Below, piece after piece: positions 1-11,221 of a stretch of 64,000 nt of DNA; position 1 is the first letter of the stretch, and every line of letters starts with the position of its first letter. Made by a program: the position numbers and the translations under genes. The stretch covers positions 32,001-96,000 of the IMG/VR virus record IMGVR_UViG_3300029288_005873; one strand, 5' to 3'. The notes under the pieces are model-generated. The model saw only the letters and a list, made by a program, of their open reading frames with translations, was not told where the DNA came from and searched no databases. Source of the stretch: a virus (taxonomy: Duplodnaviria; Caudoviricetes).

Positions 1-626
1 GTTTCCACTTCAACATTTAACGCCTCCCAGACCTTAGCAACCTGGTATTCGGTTTCGCTTAAACTTTTGGAGTTGTCAATCACAAAATCAGCTAGTTTTA
101 CCTTCTCCTCCTGCGACATCTGTGCTGTAATACGCGCCAAAGCTTCTTCTTTTGTTAGTGAATTTCGCCGCATAAGTCGCTCAATTCGTATTTGGTCATC
201 TGTAAAAACTACCACAAGACGGTCCATCTCATTGTAACGACCAGTTTCAACAAGCAAAGCCGACTCATATACAATATGCCTAGATGGATCTAAACGTCTC
301 ATTAGATCGATCAATTCCCGCGAATCAGAAGCCACCATTGGGTGAATCTTTTCCTCAAGGCGCTTTCGACGTTCTGTATCTCCGAACACAATTCTAGCAA
401 GTTTTTTATGGTCAAGTCTTCCAACCGAATCAGAAATTTCAGATTTTGGAACACCAATCAGATTAGATAACTCGGACCCCTTCGTTTTCTCCCAAAAGCA
501 AAAAAGCTCAGCATGAGACAGTTTATCAGAATCAATCAGGTTGCTACCAAGTTTCTCAAACATTGTAGCAACAGAACTTTTTCCTGTAGCAATTCCTCCA
601 GTAAGACCTACAACCAAACCCTTCAT
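1..626 (-). CDS. coaE: Dephospho-CoA kinase (3' end runs off the window)
   Basis: Manual translation gives MKGLVVGLTGGIATGKSSVATMF (P-loop) ... MSQEEKVKLADFVIDN; its ATG overlaps the tsf stop (ATGA). Confidence 0.93.
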   Translation of the reverse strand, partial: MKGLVVGLTGGIATGKSSVATMFEKLGSNLIDSDKLSHAELFCFWEKTKGSELSNLIGVPKSEISDSVGRLDHKKLARIVFGDTERRKRLEEKIHPMVASDSRELIDLMRRLDPSRHIVYESALLVETGRYNEMDRLVVVFTDDQIRIERLMRRNSLTKEEALARITAQMSQEEKVKLADFVIDNSKSLSETEYQVAKVWEALNVEVE

Positions 627-1255
627 TGACAGAATCCCAATATAAGACTTGCTACCAAAGCCAATAGGATAATAACCGAAAAAGCAATTTTGATTCCCTT
701 CGACTTCTCCAATGGTTGCGAGGTCTCTTCTGGGATTTCCTCCCCCGCTTCCCATCGAACAAAACGTCTCACTATACAAGGTTCGCCGATTCGGTCGGAG
801 AGCTCCGTAAGAAGTTCTCCAATAGTACGACTTGGATCTTTGATAAATGGCTGTAGCAACAAATAGCGCGCACTATCAATCTCACCACTGCCAGAATCCT
901 CCCATGGAACATCTTCTGGCGACACCCATGACGGCTTCATTGCAGCAATGTGTATTGCCAGATCATGAACAAATGTTTTGAATTCATCTGTCCTTGCCGC
1001 AAAATCTGTGCCGCACTCTACTTCAACCATTACGCCTATGCGATCCCCAATATGTACATATGAATGTACATATCCAGTCCTAGTACCTTCGGCAGTAGAT
1101 TCGGTTGGATTATCAATTCGACGTTTTCTGATTATGCCTTCAGCAACCGCCAAATCACCCCCACAACTCCTCAGAATAGAATAACAGTCAACCACTCCTG
1201 CGCCTGTTTTGCTGCGCAATTCCTTGACCATAGTGGTAGAAATCTTATCTCCCAT
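623..1255 (-). CDS. tsf: Elongation factor Ts, short form, with C-terminal hydrophobic tail
   Basis: VKELRSKTGAG.DC N-terminus, SYVH..RIGVMVEV.CGTDFAART core, QPFIKD and VRRFVRWE; AGGAGG RBS. Confidence 0.9.
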   Translation of the reverse strand: MGDKISTTMVKELRSKTGAGVVDCYSILRSCGGDLAVAEGIIRKRRIDNPTESTAEGTRTGYVHSYVHIGDRIGVMVEVECGTDFAARTDEFKTFVHDLAIHIAAMKPSWVSPEDVPWEDSGSGEIDSARYLLLQPFIKDPSRTIGELLTELSDRIGEPCIVRRFVRWEAGEEIPEETSQPLEKSKGIKIAFSVIILLALVASLILGFCQ

Positions 1256-1271
1256 ATTTTCCTCCTAGGAA

Positions 1272-1300
1272 AAAATATCCTTAGATGACGCCGATGTCAA
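1272..1300 (-). promoter_or_regulatory. Sigma70-like promoter upstream of tsf
   Basis: TTGACA-N17-TATTTT on the minus strand. Confidence 0.55.
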
Positions 1301-1639
1301 CTATAAACTCAGTAGGACAAGAGCAACTACTGCAAAAAATACCCCGATACCTTGCCAAAGCGTACATGTCTCGCCCATCAAAACAAAGGCAAAAAAATAC
1401 GACAGGCTACATATAATGTCAAAAATAGCACTTGCTACAGAAAGAGACATTTTGGTAGTATTGGCTATTATCGCCCATGTCGTTGAAGTGAGTACTGCGT
1501 TCAATGGTATCAGGAAAAAGAAGCCTTTACGCCCAGATTTTAGTTGTCTGCTGAACCAAGCACCTATGGCAGCCAAAAACGGAAGCAGAAAAAGCATCAG
1601 GATATCAATCCTCATTTTTGATCCTATTTCACAAAACAA
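1301..1639 (-). CDS. Small multi-TM membrane protein (DMT/SMR-like)
   Basis: About four hydrophobic helices; GE..TLWQGIGV pattern typical of EamA/DMT half-transporters. Confidence 0.55.
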   Translation of the reverse strand: MFCEIGSKMRIDILMLFLLPFLAAIGAWFSRQLKSGRKGFFFLIPLNAVLTSTTWAIIANTTKMSLSVASAIFDIICSLSYFFAFVLMGETCTLWQGIGVFFAVVALVLLSL

Positions 1640-1756
1640 GTAATCAGGTTTCCAGCCGCAAGCAAAACTAGACCAAAAATAAACAGAAGAACAACGACAA
1701 TCTTTTCGGGTCGCCTAAGTCTGCGCCATGTTTTCGCATAAGCTACATGACGCCTC

Positions 1757-2077
1757 TCAAGGATTTCTAGAACCTTTTTTAGAAAATCCATTAACTTTCT
1801 CCCATCTATCCCATGCTTCCAGATGGTTGTCGCAGATTGACCGCAATTTCACAACCTGGTCCTTCAGTAAAAGAACCTCATCCCAATGATTAAACCGACA
1901 CCTGTATCCAAAGATATACGTTATCCCAATCCAGATGCGTCTCCAGAAGCTGCGCGGACGATTTAACTGAAACTCGACATAGATTTCGGGACAGTCATCG
2001 GAGCTTCCGTCGTCCAAGATAAACCTAAGCATGTGTCTAGCAGATGTACAACTACATTCTAGATATTGGGTCTCCAT
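1757..2077 (-). CDS. Hypothetical phage protein
   Basis: Tiled ORF; LECSC..H and FWRRIW..I.YIFG pattern. Confidence 0.6.
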   Translation of the reverse strand: METQYLECSCTSARHMLRFILDDGSSDDCPEIYVEFQLNRPRSFWRRIWIGITYIFGYRCRFNHWDEVLLLKDQVVKLRSICDNHLEAWDRWEKVNGFSKKGSRNP

Positions 2078-2635
2078 TTAGTCTTCCTCGTCGTCTCGAT
2101 ATTTCTCACGCGATATTTTTGCCCAATCGGGTTCAGGATCATCTAAACTTACCGAAGCTGCTAACATGTGTTTGTAACAGAACCTGCCATAATCGACAAT
2201 ACGGCCCTGTCTCATCTGTGGGGGATCAATCCTTGGTTTTGACCAATCTTCTTCACCAACTTCCTTATTTACCAAAATATGAATCATGCGTCTTTCAGCA
2301 TCCACAACATATACCCACTCAGTAAATAGAGGATCTGGGGCTTCACTGGTTATGTGTAGCTTATCCTGCCAATGCTCATATTCATTGCCAAGTGCTGCTG
2401 CCAGGAACCCCGCCCAGCTCTCATGCTCTAGAAGCATTTTACAAAACTTCTCAACATTCCTTTCATGAGAAAGAATTCGCCACAGGTCAGATCCAAGACC
2501 ACCAGGATATGAATCACAATGATTATAAACGCCCTCCCATTTAAGGGGTACTCCAACTGCCACACAGCCTCGTGAACTCATTCTCAATCCTTTATAAATG
2601 TTGTGAAAGTTTTTCCACAACAATGGCAAAGCCAC
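2078..2635 (-). CDS. Hypothetical phage protein (start likely MSSRG, ~2581)
   Basis: YNHCDSYPGGLG and EWVYVVD motifs. Confidence 0.6.
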   Translation of the reverse strand: MALPLLWKNFHNIYKGLRMSSRGCVAVGVPLKWEGVYNHCDSYPGGLGSDLWRILSHERNVEKFCKMLLEHESWAGFLAAALGNEYEHWQDKLHITSEAPDPLFTEWVYVVDAERRMIHILVNKEVGEEDWSKPRIDPPQMRQGRIVDYGRFCYKHMLAASVSLDDPEPDWAKISREKYRDDEED

Positions 2636-2928
2636 TGTCCCTTTCTATATTCGAAAACAGATTCACTTTCACATTTCGGACACAATTCTATGGAGGCGGG
2701 AACATATTGTTCTAACTCCGTCTCTGGCACTGGAAAATCTGCTTGGATCTGTCCACAGTCAAGACAGAAGGAAAACTCCACATAATCCCCTCTACCAATT
2801 CCCATGTCACATGGAACATATCCATTACTTTCTTTCCTACTATCACCTACAATAGAACAACTACACATATCACTACATTTTGCAGTCATACTAACAATTC
2901 TATTGCTACTACATCTTTTACAACTCAT
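2584..2928 (-). CDS. Cys-rich zinc-ribbon hypothetical protein
   Basis: Several CxxC pairs; tiled with neighbours. Confidence 0.6.
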   Translation of the reverse strand: MSCKRCSSNRIVSMTAKCSDMCSCSIVGDSRKESNGYVPCDMGIGRGDYVEFSFCLDCGQIQADFPVPETELEQYVPASIELCPKCESESVFEYRKGQWLCHCCGKTFTTFIKD

Positions 2929-3536
2929 TCTTTTTCCCCCTCTGCCAATGGAGCCACGAGTCTAAATTCTGTGCGCAATCTATTGTAGTGCGGCTGCCAA
3001 TATTCTTTGTAGCATTGCCATGAAGTAAAGCAACGATTCCAACCAGCAACTCCATCACGTTGCTGTAGAATTGTCCGCCAGCGGTCATTGGAGGCAGAAT
3101 AGTCTACAATTTTTCCAGTATTAGCAATCTGTAGACCAAAATCCAGGATGCGAAGCGAATGAAATAATGATTTCAGACCCAAACGAAATTCATTATGTAC
3201 TTCAATCTTCTTCTTGGCCTTAACCCAAGAGTTGCTGGATTTTGCTGAAAATGATCTGCGAAGCTTGCTCAGATCTAGCTTAAATTCAAACTCACTAGAG
3301 CGGACAGCCATATCATTTGGAAGAAACCAACATTCCAAAGCAGCCGGATCGTGCTCATTAAGCAGCCACTGGAACTCGGCTGCGGTCCAAATGGTCAGGT
3401 CAACACCCGACCAGTGAATCTGGGCATCCGGTTCGTCGGCGGAATCGGCAACCAGGATTAGGTCGGTGTCCGACTTCTCGTCGGCAGTACCGTAGACGCG
3501 GCTACCGTATGGATAGATGTTCATAATCATCGCCAT
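2925..3536 (-). CDS. Pol-beta superfamily nucleotidyltransferase
   Basis: YGSRVYGT...SDTD signature. Confidence 0.8.
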   Translation of the reverse strand: MAMIMNIYPYGSRVYGTADEKSDTDLILVADSADEPDAQIHWSGVDLTIWTAAEFQWLLNEHDPAALECWFLPNDMAVRSSEFEFKLDLSKLRRSFSAKSSNSWVKAKKKIEVHNEFRLGLKSLFHSLRILDFGLQIANTGKIVDYSASNDRWRTILQQRDGVAGWNRCFTSWQCYKEYWQPHYNRLRTEFRLVAPLAEGEKE

Positions 3537-3826
3537 CTCCTATGGCAGCGGCATTGGCGCATTATCCTTTTTGCGCTCACGTTTTGGACACTCCGCCGGA
3601 GCGCCTATGCCGGTTGGCAATGTCTCGCCGGGGATCTGGATGTGAAGCAGGGCATCCAAGGCGGCACAGCGCCATTCGCGCTTCCAGAAAGCGCCATCGC
3701 CATCATCCTTGGTCTTCAAATGCTCGCACCAGCGACATTCGACATATGGCAGCTCAAACCGCCTGATCTGCTCAGGATGGCGCCCCATGATCGCGCGACG
3801 CTCCTCTTTCCTTTTCTTGTTGGTCA

Positions 3827-4567
3827 TCAATAATCCTCCACGACCACCGGCATACCAACGTAGGCGAACTGCCTGTTCAACCACCTGGCGTCTTCGACCA
3901 TCATCCTGACGCATCCATGGCTAGCATTTCGTCCAACCAACCATTTATTTCCATGTGCCCCTGTTCCGTCGCGATGGAACGGCATGTAGTACGGCATCGG
4001 ATGCCCGCATGACTTCTTGTTGGCGCAATCGACCGGATACAGGTCCGACCGTTTGCCGGCATTGTAGAGCTTCATGACAGCATGCGTTCCTGGATGCGTC
4101 TTACACTCCAGCCTGCCGGTCTCCTTACATACCTTGGCTCCGCCATTGGCGATTCCCCAGCGCACCAACCTGGCACGCAGGTTCTGCCACGGAATTGGCT
4201 CATATGCTGCCCAAGCAAGCTTGTTGAGGTCGACCACAATATGCTTGGGACCAAACCACGCCTTCTCCCGAGGAAATGGAGAATATATAAACGGATTGGA
4301 GTAAAAAACTTTAGGCAATGCAATAATATGCCCATTCCACAGAAGAGTATTGCGCCTGTTGATCAACATAGCAATTTGTCTTTTCTGCACATCAGGAAAC
4401 CTCTCATCCCACTCAACATATTGTTTCGAAGATTCTTTTGGAACTCTAATTTTTTCACAAGAATATATCTGTGGCTGGTCTCTACACAAACTTACGGCAA
4501 AATCTGAAGGTGAAGCGAGCGAGACTCCAGAAAGACAAAGAAGACACAATATGACCGCCAACCTCAT
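3827..4567 (-). CDS. L,D-transpeptidase (YkuD family) with signal peptide
   Basis: PMPYYM, AHG and ASHGCVRM catalytic motif; hydrophobic N-terminus. Confidence 0.88.
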   Translation of the reverse strand: MRLAVILCLLCLSGVSLASPSDFAVSLCRDQPQIYSCEKIRVPKESSKQYVEWDERFPDVQKRQIAMLINRRNTLLWNGHIIALPKVFYSNPFIYSPFPREKAWFGPKHIVVDLNKLAWAAYEPIPWQNLRARLVRWGIANGGAKVCKETGRLECKTHPGTHAVMKLYNAGKRSDLYPVDCANKKSCGHPMPYYMPFHRDGTGAHGNKWLVGRNASHGCVRMMVEDARWLNRQFAYVGMPVVVEDY

Positions 4568-5629
4568 TTACATTACCCTTTCACACCATGCAACAGCAAG
4601 ATCGACCACTGCTTCGGCATCATCAAGCTGTACCATTTCTACAGACGTATGCATGTACCGCATTGGAACCATCAAAGTCCCGGTTAGGACTCCACCACAG
4701 GAACGGAATATGGCATCAGCCTCGACGCATCCATCGGAGTTTGGTGTTGCTTCCCTTTGAACCATTATTCCCTTGTCATGCGCGGTGTCTAACAATTCTC
4801 GTACCATCATAGGATGCGATGAGCCCCCTATGCCAATGACGGGTCCCCCTCCAAGCCGTACAGACCCATATTTATCCTTTGATAAATCTGGTGTATCAAT
4901 AGCAAAAGTACCATCTATTCCCAGTGCTAGACGTGGGCTTAATTGTTCAACAGCCATATGTGCTCCATGAAGACCGGTCTCCTCTTGGACACTTGCTACC
5001 ATATGTACGCGAGCTTTCAGCTTGTCCGATTTAAGCAATCGCAATGCCGCCTCAGCAAGACACCAAGCGCCAATTCTATCGTCCATTCCAGGCGCGCATA
5101 CTCTATTTCCCATGAAAGACTTAAACTGTGGTGAGAAGATTATTGGAGTTCCAACCGTAACCAATTCAGCAATATCAGAAAGGTCGCATGCTCCAACATC
5201 AACTCGCAAATCATGTATTAATGGAGGTTCGTCATCATCTTCCTCAAGATGTACAGGGCGACGTCCAATTACTCCATCAATTGGTGGATCAGACATAACC
5301 ATAACATGTTGACCAATAAGCGCTAGTGGATCAAGCCCGCCGATTTCGGCGACGCATATAAGTCCATCTTCGTCCACATGCCTGACCATTAAACCAATTG
5401 TATCAATATGAGCTACAAGCATTACACTCGTCTGTCCACCTGGATTTATTGTAGTCATAGAGTTGCCGTATGTATCTGTCGATACCTGTAAACCGTATTG
5501 CTCAAGATATTTTCGCCAGCATGCGGCTGCTGAATCTTCGAAACCGGACGGACCCGGCGCCATCACAAGAGCCTTCAGAAACTCTGGCGCATCATGCGGA
5601 ACAACCTTTGTCTTCTTCTTCTTTACCAT
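4568..5629 (-). CDS. M42 family metallopeptidase
   Basis: GPSGFE, AHIDTIG, GMDDRIG, QEETG, RYMHT.VE motifs; start moved to MVKKKK. Confidence 0.92.
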   Translation of the reverse strand: MVKKKKTKVVPHDAPEFLKALVMAPGPSGFEDSAAACWRKYLEQYGLQVSTDTYGNSMTTINPGGQTSVMLVAHIDTIGLMVRHVDEDGLICVAEIGGLDPLALIGQHVMVMSDPPIDGVIGRRPVHLEEDDDEPPLIHDLRVDVGACDLSDIAELVTVGTPIIFSPQFKSFMGNRVCAPGMDDRIGAWCLAEAALRLLKSDKLKARVHMVASVQEETGLHGAHMAVEQLSPRLALGIDGTFAIDTPDLSKDKYGSVRLGGGPVIGIGGSSHPMMVRELLDTAHDKGIMVQREATPNSDGCVEADAIFRSCGGVLTGTLMVPMRYMHTSVEMVQLDDAEAVVDLAVAWCERVM

Positions 5630-5630
5630 C

Positions 5631-6877
5631 TTAGTCCTCAAAATCGCCCTGTAGGCGGAAACAAAGCCATCTAACCAGACCATTTGCAATGGCATTGACT
5701 AAGGGATCAGCTTGTCTTGTCAAGACATCAAGTCGCTTTCCTGGAATTACCTCTATAAATCGCTCTTTGCGAAATGGTGATGGGCGCACATCTTCACCCC
5801 ATTTTACCAATGGATAAGGCGCACCGGGAATGGATATAATCCATCGTCCTGCTTCCCATGTCATATCTAAGCCGAAACCGAAGAACTCTGACAAATGCTC
5901 ACCAAGCACCTTTTTTGTGGGTTTCTTCTCAAGCCACGAAATAAACCTGTCTAGTGCCATGTGTCCTCCAACTAAACTAATCTTCGTGTGAACTTCTCCA
6001 GGTCACCAAATTCAAGCTTGTTTCCACAACCTTTTGGGCATAGATCATCTACCCTTCCATCCTGTTTACCGCAATTTGGACATACAACACCAAAAACGGC
6101 AGCAATGGGTCCTCCTCCATCAGACTCTGTCCCAAAAATACCATTCAACAACCCTAAGAGCCCAACTTTTGGACCAGACTCTGACCCATAGTCACAAACC
6201 TGAACTGTTGGATGTAAAGCAAGAGCTTCATTACAATGAACTCTTGACTCAACTAATGCGTACAAAGCCGTTGGATCCACCTGAAGTAGATGATTTAAAA
6301 ACTCAATAGTATCGTCAATTGTAACAACTTCCCTTAATGCCATTGGTCACTCCTTGAATCCAAGCTTTCTCCAGAAAGCCTTCTCCTCGTCCTGTGTTAA
6401 TCTTCCCTTGTTAAAGTCTGGCGGCGGCTGATTACCATACCTGACATAATTTTCAACAGCAAAACGTTCATTGAGAAAATGGAAAACATCCTTCAAAACA
6501 ACCATCTCGGAACTACTGAAATGCTCCCCATTTTGGACAGGCTCTCGACTCAGCTTTATCGTGGGTCCGTGATTCGCCAAACCATCAATCAGCCTAGACG
6601 CAAAAGGTGAACGTGGATCTTTGGTATCAATTGCTATGAAATGCTCCTCGTCCTGAATCGGCTCCATTACAACTCTACCATCATCGTCAAGGTGTGGACG
6701 GTGCGTCTTCCACATGTCTTGAATAGCTTCCGTAGTCTTTGTGTCAAGGAAACATACGACCTCATTGGTTTTTGGGGAAACGTGCTCAATTACAACACCA
6801 CCAAACATGACTTCAAGATTTCTGCCACGACGCTCAATTCCAGTATCCCAAAGTCTAACAGTTACACCCCTGCCCAT
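5631..6877 (-). CDS. Three tiled hypothetical ORFs (5631-5960, 5972-6343, 6347-6877)
   Basis: Co-directional tiling, RBS-like sequences; no family recognised. Confidence 0.6.
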
Positions 6878-6892
6878 ATTTAACCTCCAAAA

Positions 6893-7420
6893 TTAATCCG
6901 TAAAATGAAGCTCCCATTTTTTACACCAATCATTCCATACTAGATTCCCACACGACTTTAGATGATGAAGATATACTGAAATATCATCAGATATAGCGTC
7001 ATATGTGGAATCACACATGCGTTCCCCAATGTACTTTTCCAAATACGAAGCTACTAAAATTGCCAGCATTTGGGGGACCTTGTCTCTCCATGTGAATCTC
7101 CATTTGTGCGGATCGAGAGCTTCGACAATGGCAAATTCAGGAATTACTTTTTCCATAAAAGGGGCATTTAAAAACTCACTGGAATTCAGACAAGGCTCTC
7201 CCCGTGCCTTCATTAACTCAATGGGAATAAGTTTATATGGACCAATAATATCTAAAGGTACATTTCCAAAAAGATTAAAGCTTCTGTCGACCCTAGATGT
7301 GACTTTTGTGTCAGCTTCGGGGTCACACTTTGGTATAAAATTCTTACATAGTGGATTGGAACAGTAGAACCTAAAAACAAGGTCGTCGCCGGACGAATTA
7401 CACAATGGACATTTCATCAT
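6893..7420 (-). CDS. Hypothetical protein with N-terminal Zn finger
   Basis: KCPLC...FYCSNPLCKNFIP. Confidence 0.6.
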   Translation of the reverse strand: MMKCPLCNSSGDDLVFRFYCSNPLCKNFIPKCDPEADTKVTSRVDRSFNLFGNVPLDIIGPYKLIPIELMKARGEPCLNSSEFLNAPFMEKVIPEFAIVEALDPHKWRFTWRDKVPQMLAILVASYLEKYIGERMCDSTYDAISDDISVYLHHLKSCGNLVWNDWCKKWELHFTD

Positions 7421-7434
7421 TGCCTCCTATACTA

Positions 7435-7686
7435 TTATTCAATTATGCGAAAGGAATTAATGCTCTCTGTTAACAGAGATTTAAACATCTTGGACCATTC
7501 TGCCTGGATTTGGTTCAAATAAGATTCGGGTTCCATTTTGAAAATCTTAACAATAGGCAATAAACGATCTTTCTTACTCTTATCTGGAACATAATTGGTA
7601 CATTTAATATTGTTACAACAAAATCCAACAAACAGAGCACAACCGGGCGCTCCGCAAAGAGGACATTTTTCCATAAGTGCTCCCAA
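7435..7686 (-). CDS. Hypothetical protein sharing the same N-terminal Zn finger
   Basis: KCPLC...FCCNNIKCTNYVP. Confidence 0.55.
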   Translation of the reverse strand: MGALMEKCPLCGAPGCALFVGFCCNNIKCTNYVPDKSKKDRLLPIVKIFKMEPESYLNQIQAEWSKMFKSLLTESINSFRIIE

Positions 7687-8048
7687 TCCTTATGTCATAG
7701 CTACTTTTTCCCAATTCAAAAAACATCTTGGGCATTTATGGTCTAAACCGCCGCCAGTAATATCATATTTGTAGCCACATTCTTCACAAGTATAACAAAG
7801 TACTGTTGATGAATCTCCAACACGCATACAGAAAATACTACCGCAATTACGCAATTCTCCGCCGAAAAATACCCGATATTTTGTAAGAATTGGATCTGGT
7901 AGTACAATCTTTTGACCAACAACCAATTTGGTGACAGGCATCCATGCGCCTGTCTCCGTATCGATTACAATCTGATTGGCACTTAGTGAAATATCTACAA
8001 AACCTGAATTTATAATTAACACATACGTGCCAAACTTATCATCCATTA

Positions 8049-8516
8049 TTAATACCTTATATCTCCCATTTTGAAGGTCCTGGGATTAGAAAGCTTGTCT
8101 ATAGCCATTGGTACAAGCCAACGGGCATTGCTCAGTATCCTATCTTGTACCTGTAGGGAATCGACTGAGATGATTTCTATCCGCTCATCCTTATCTTTGG
8201 TAAACTTTACAGCATGTTCAAGATCCAAATATGGAGCGATAGCACAGAATGCCACAACCATCCAATCCCCTTCATTAAAATCATACAACTGAGCAAACAT
8301 TACCCACTTGTCTACTGGTATGTCAAGCCCGGCTTCCTCAAAACATTCCCGCCGCATAGTGCTGGCAAAAGTGAGATCATCATGCTCACAATGACCGCCT
8401 ATACCATTAAGCAGACCCGATTGCCAAGCCGGTCTTGCTTTCCTAAGAAGCAAGACGTTCTTCAAATCTTCGCTAAATACGAACCCGACAGACATTAATT
8501 CACTCATGTTCATCAC
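8049..8516 (-). CDS. NUDIX hydrolase
   Basis: GGHCE...MRRECFEEAGL Nudix box. Confidence 0.88.
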   Translation of the reverse strand: MMNMSELMSVGFVFSEDLKNVLLLRKARPAWQSGLLNGIGGHCEHDDLTFASTMRRECFEEAGLDIPVDKWVMFAQLYDFNEGDWMVVAFCAIAPYLDLEHAVKFTKDKDERIEIISVDSLQVQDRILSNARWLVPMAIDKLSNPRTFKMGDIRY

Positions 8517-11068
8517 CCAAAAATCTTCCTCAGTACAGAAAGAATTCCCGACATCGCCGTGGGTTCCTTACATTTTTCTCTGTGACTCTCCTCGAAACCA
8601 AAATTTACATGCGCCCCACATATGCGACATGTATGACAACATGGAGCGATGTGACTCACAAGATCAGGCCACTTATGACAATCGCAATCGCAGATTTCCC
8701 AATCATCAAGGTACATTTTGCTCTTCCACTTTGATCTTGCGCCACATCTTTATGAGAAAAATTGCTTCAATAGTATCAGTTACAGCCATACATAAAACTA
8801 GCCAAGCATAAAGCAACCATCCCAAACCAGACAATGCTGGCGAAAGTGTTCCATGGAAACCACCTACAGACATGGAGATACACAAAATAGAAACAACAAT
8901 CCCCAATAGCGCTATAAATGTTTTCCAGAACATTCTTTTATAACTCCAAAACTTATTCATTTCAACTCTCCCTTACGCCCATGGAATATGCGCCGTTTCT
9001 CCAGTGCCTCTATGCGATCCTCAAGAACGCAAATTTTTTCGATGAGCGGACTCATCATACGACCCATCATCCATTCGATATACTCACCATCCAACCTGAC
9101 GGACGTTACCCTATCTAGATCTATACCCTGCCCACGACACCAGTGTCGAAAATCTCGCTCCAAAGAACCATCTAGGTTGTGAGCACTAATAAACAGTTTC
9201 CAAGTATCACTACAAGATACCTCATCGATTGTCTCAGAAGTTCCTTTAGCCCTGTTAACAAGCTTTATTAGCTTTTTAGCGAAGAAACTATTAATGGTTG
9301 GATCCTCTGGCTCTATATGATATCTCGTATTAGGTCGACACATTGTTTCGCGGCACGTACAGTTTGACGGGCAACAACATGTCAATGGACATTCGTTCGC
9401 ATGTTCACACATGACCGAATCCGCATCCTGATTTATAACAGACCTTCCAACAAACTGGTTTGAAACTTCTTTGGCATACTCATATATACCTTCCCTGTCA
9501 CGATCTGCCAGGAATTTTATCATATGCTTGCGGTTCGGAGGCGGATCACAAATCTTGCCACCAAGCCTGCTGGCAATATCCTCTATCTTTGACAAAGAAT
9601 GATCAATTGCCCAGATGTCACCAGGTTCAAATCCGCCATAAAGACTGCGTGAATTACCACATATCCAACATGAGTGGAGAGTCTGTGGCAAATTGCCGTA
9701 TGAGACTATTTCTACTGGGTATACTGGATCTAGCCATTCATCCATCCAACGATGAATGTCCTCTCTAATATCAGCTTCACCAATACGCACTATAGTTGGT
9801 TCACCAACTGTGTCGGGATAGAATGTGTCAGATGCGATATCATTCGCATATCCATTAATGGCACGTACCCTAACCAGACTTCCTTTTAGTCTGTGAAACT
9901 CTTCCTCCGCCAGAATCTCAAGATACTTAGGATCTAGCTTTTTTCTATCTTCCATACTATCACCCATGTAATCCTGCGTCACAAGGTTCGTCACCAATCG
10001 CTCCACATATAAAACATATTCTTGGACAAGTACCTAAACGTAAACTTTCCGCAAATTGACGCAAAGCGCGCCTAGTTGCTGAGTGCTTCTCCTCCAAATC
10101 TCGCAATCTGCTTTCTAAGCACTGTATTCTATAGTCCGCCTCATCAGCAACAGCATGAGCAGCTGGATCTTCTATTCCTCTGCTGTATAGAAGTTCTGTG
10201 ATTGATTGTTGACTCATTTCTTGTTCTTCCATTCGTGTTGAAAATTCATATACGATTTCTTTGATATTGGATGTGCTCCACCACATTTTGGACATACGTA
10301 AAACATGCCACCAGGTACGCGCTTTACAATATCCATAGCAACTGGTTTGTTCTTATCTTCACAAGTTGAGCAATATACAAAAAGCCTCTGATTATCTCGG
10401 ACTGCAGGGTTATTTTTGCTGATAGCCATGATATTATTCCTTTTTAGTTAAACATCTAATTCAAAAGTTCCTTACTCTGCGACGACATATCATCCCAGAT
10501 TTTCTGTAGGGCTCCAACAATCTCATCCTTTTGCGCACCACTCGCATGCGATAACCGACAAACCATGTTGAGAAGAGCCGTCACGGTAAGAACGCCAAAT
10601 TTCTCATTTCCCATGAGTTCCATGGGCATCTTTCCAAGTGCGCCCACAATAGCATCATAAATTTCCTGAACCAATGGTAGATCTTCCTTTGTAACACGAA
10701 CCTCATGCGTCGTTTTGTTTTCCACAAAAACCTCCATTCCCTCTGATAAACGGACACCGCACATCTGGTTTTCCGTCAACAATATCTGGTGTATCATCTA
10801 TAGCAATACATCTTTTTTTGTTGTCATACATGTCGCAAAGAAAACAGAAAGACGGTCCTTGGCATAGACTACAAGGACATTCAAAAACTTCATCTTTCCC
10901 GTTGCCCCAACCTTTCAGAAATTCTATATATTTTTTGGCTTCATTCATTATTACGGATAATCGTGGTCTCATATCCTGACTTTTGCTTCCATGAACGACC
11001 TGCGCTGCTCGATGAGACGGAAGCCAGAGCCAGAGGTTGTGTGCGGCTATCTTCTTTCCACGACTCAT
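8513..11068 (-). CDS. Run of seven tiled hypothetical ORFs (8513-8716, 8706-8960, 8957-~9956, 9960-~10215, 10214-10429, 10456-~10707, 10703-11068)
   Basis: Overlapping or adjacent start/stop codons on the minus strand; no family recognised. Confidence 0.55.
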
Positions 11069-11221
11069 TTATTTTCCTTTCAGTATTATTATCAGCACAA
11101 AATTAAGTTATAACCACTAGTTTTGAACAGTGTCGTTTACTTGGGCATTCCTTTCTTGCGCAATTCTATCAATAATCTAACATAGCTACAAATTACAATG
11201 CCACATTAGTGGAGGTTAAAT

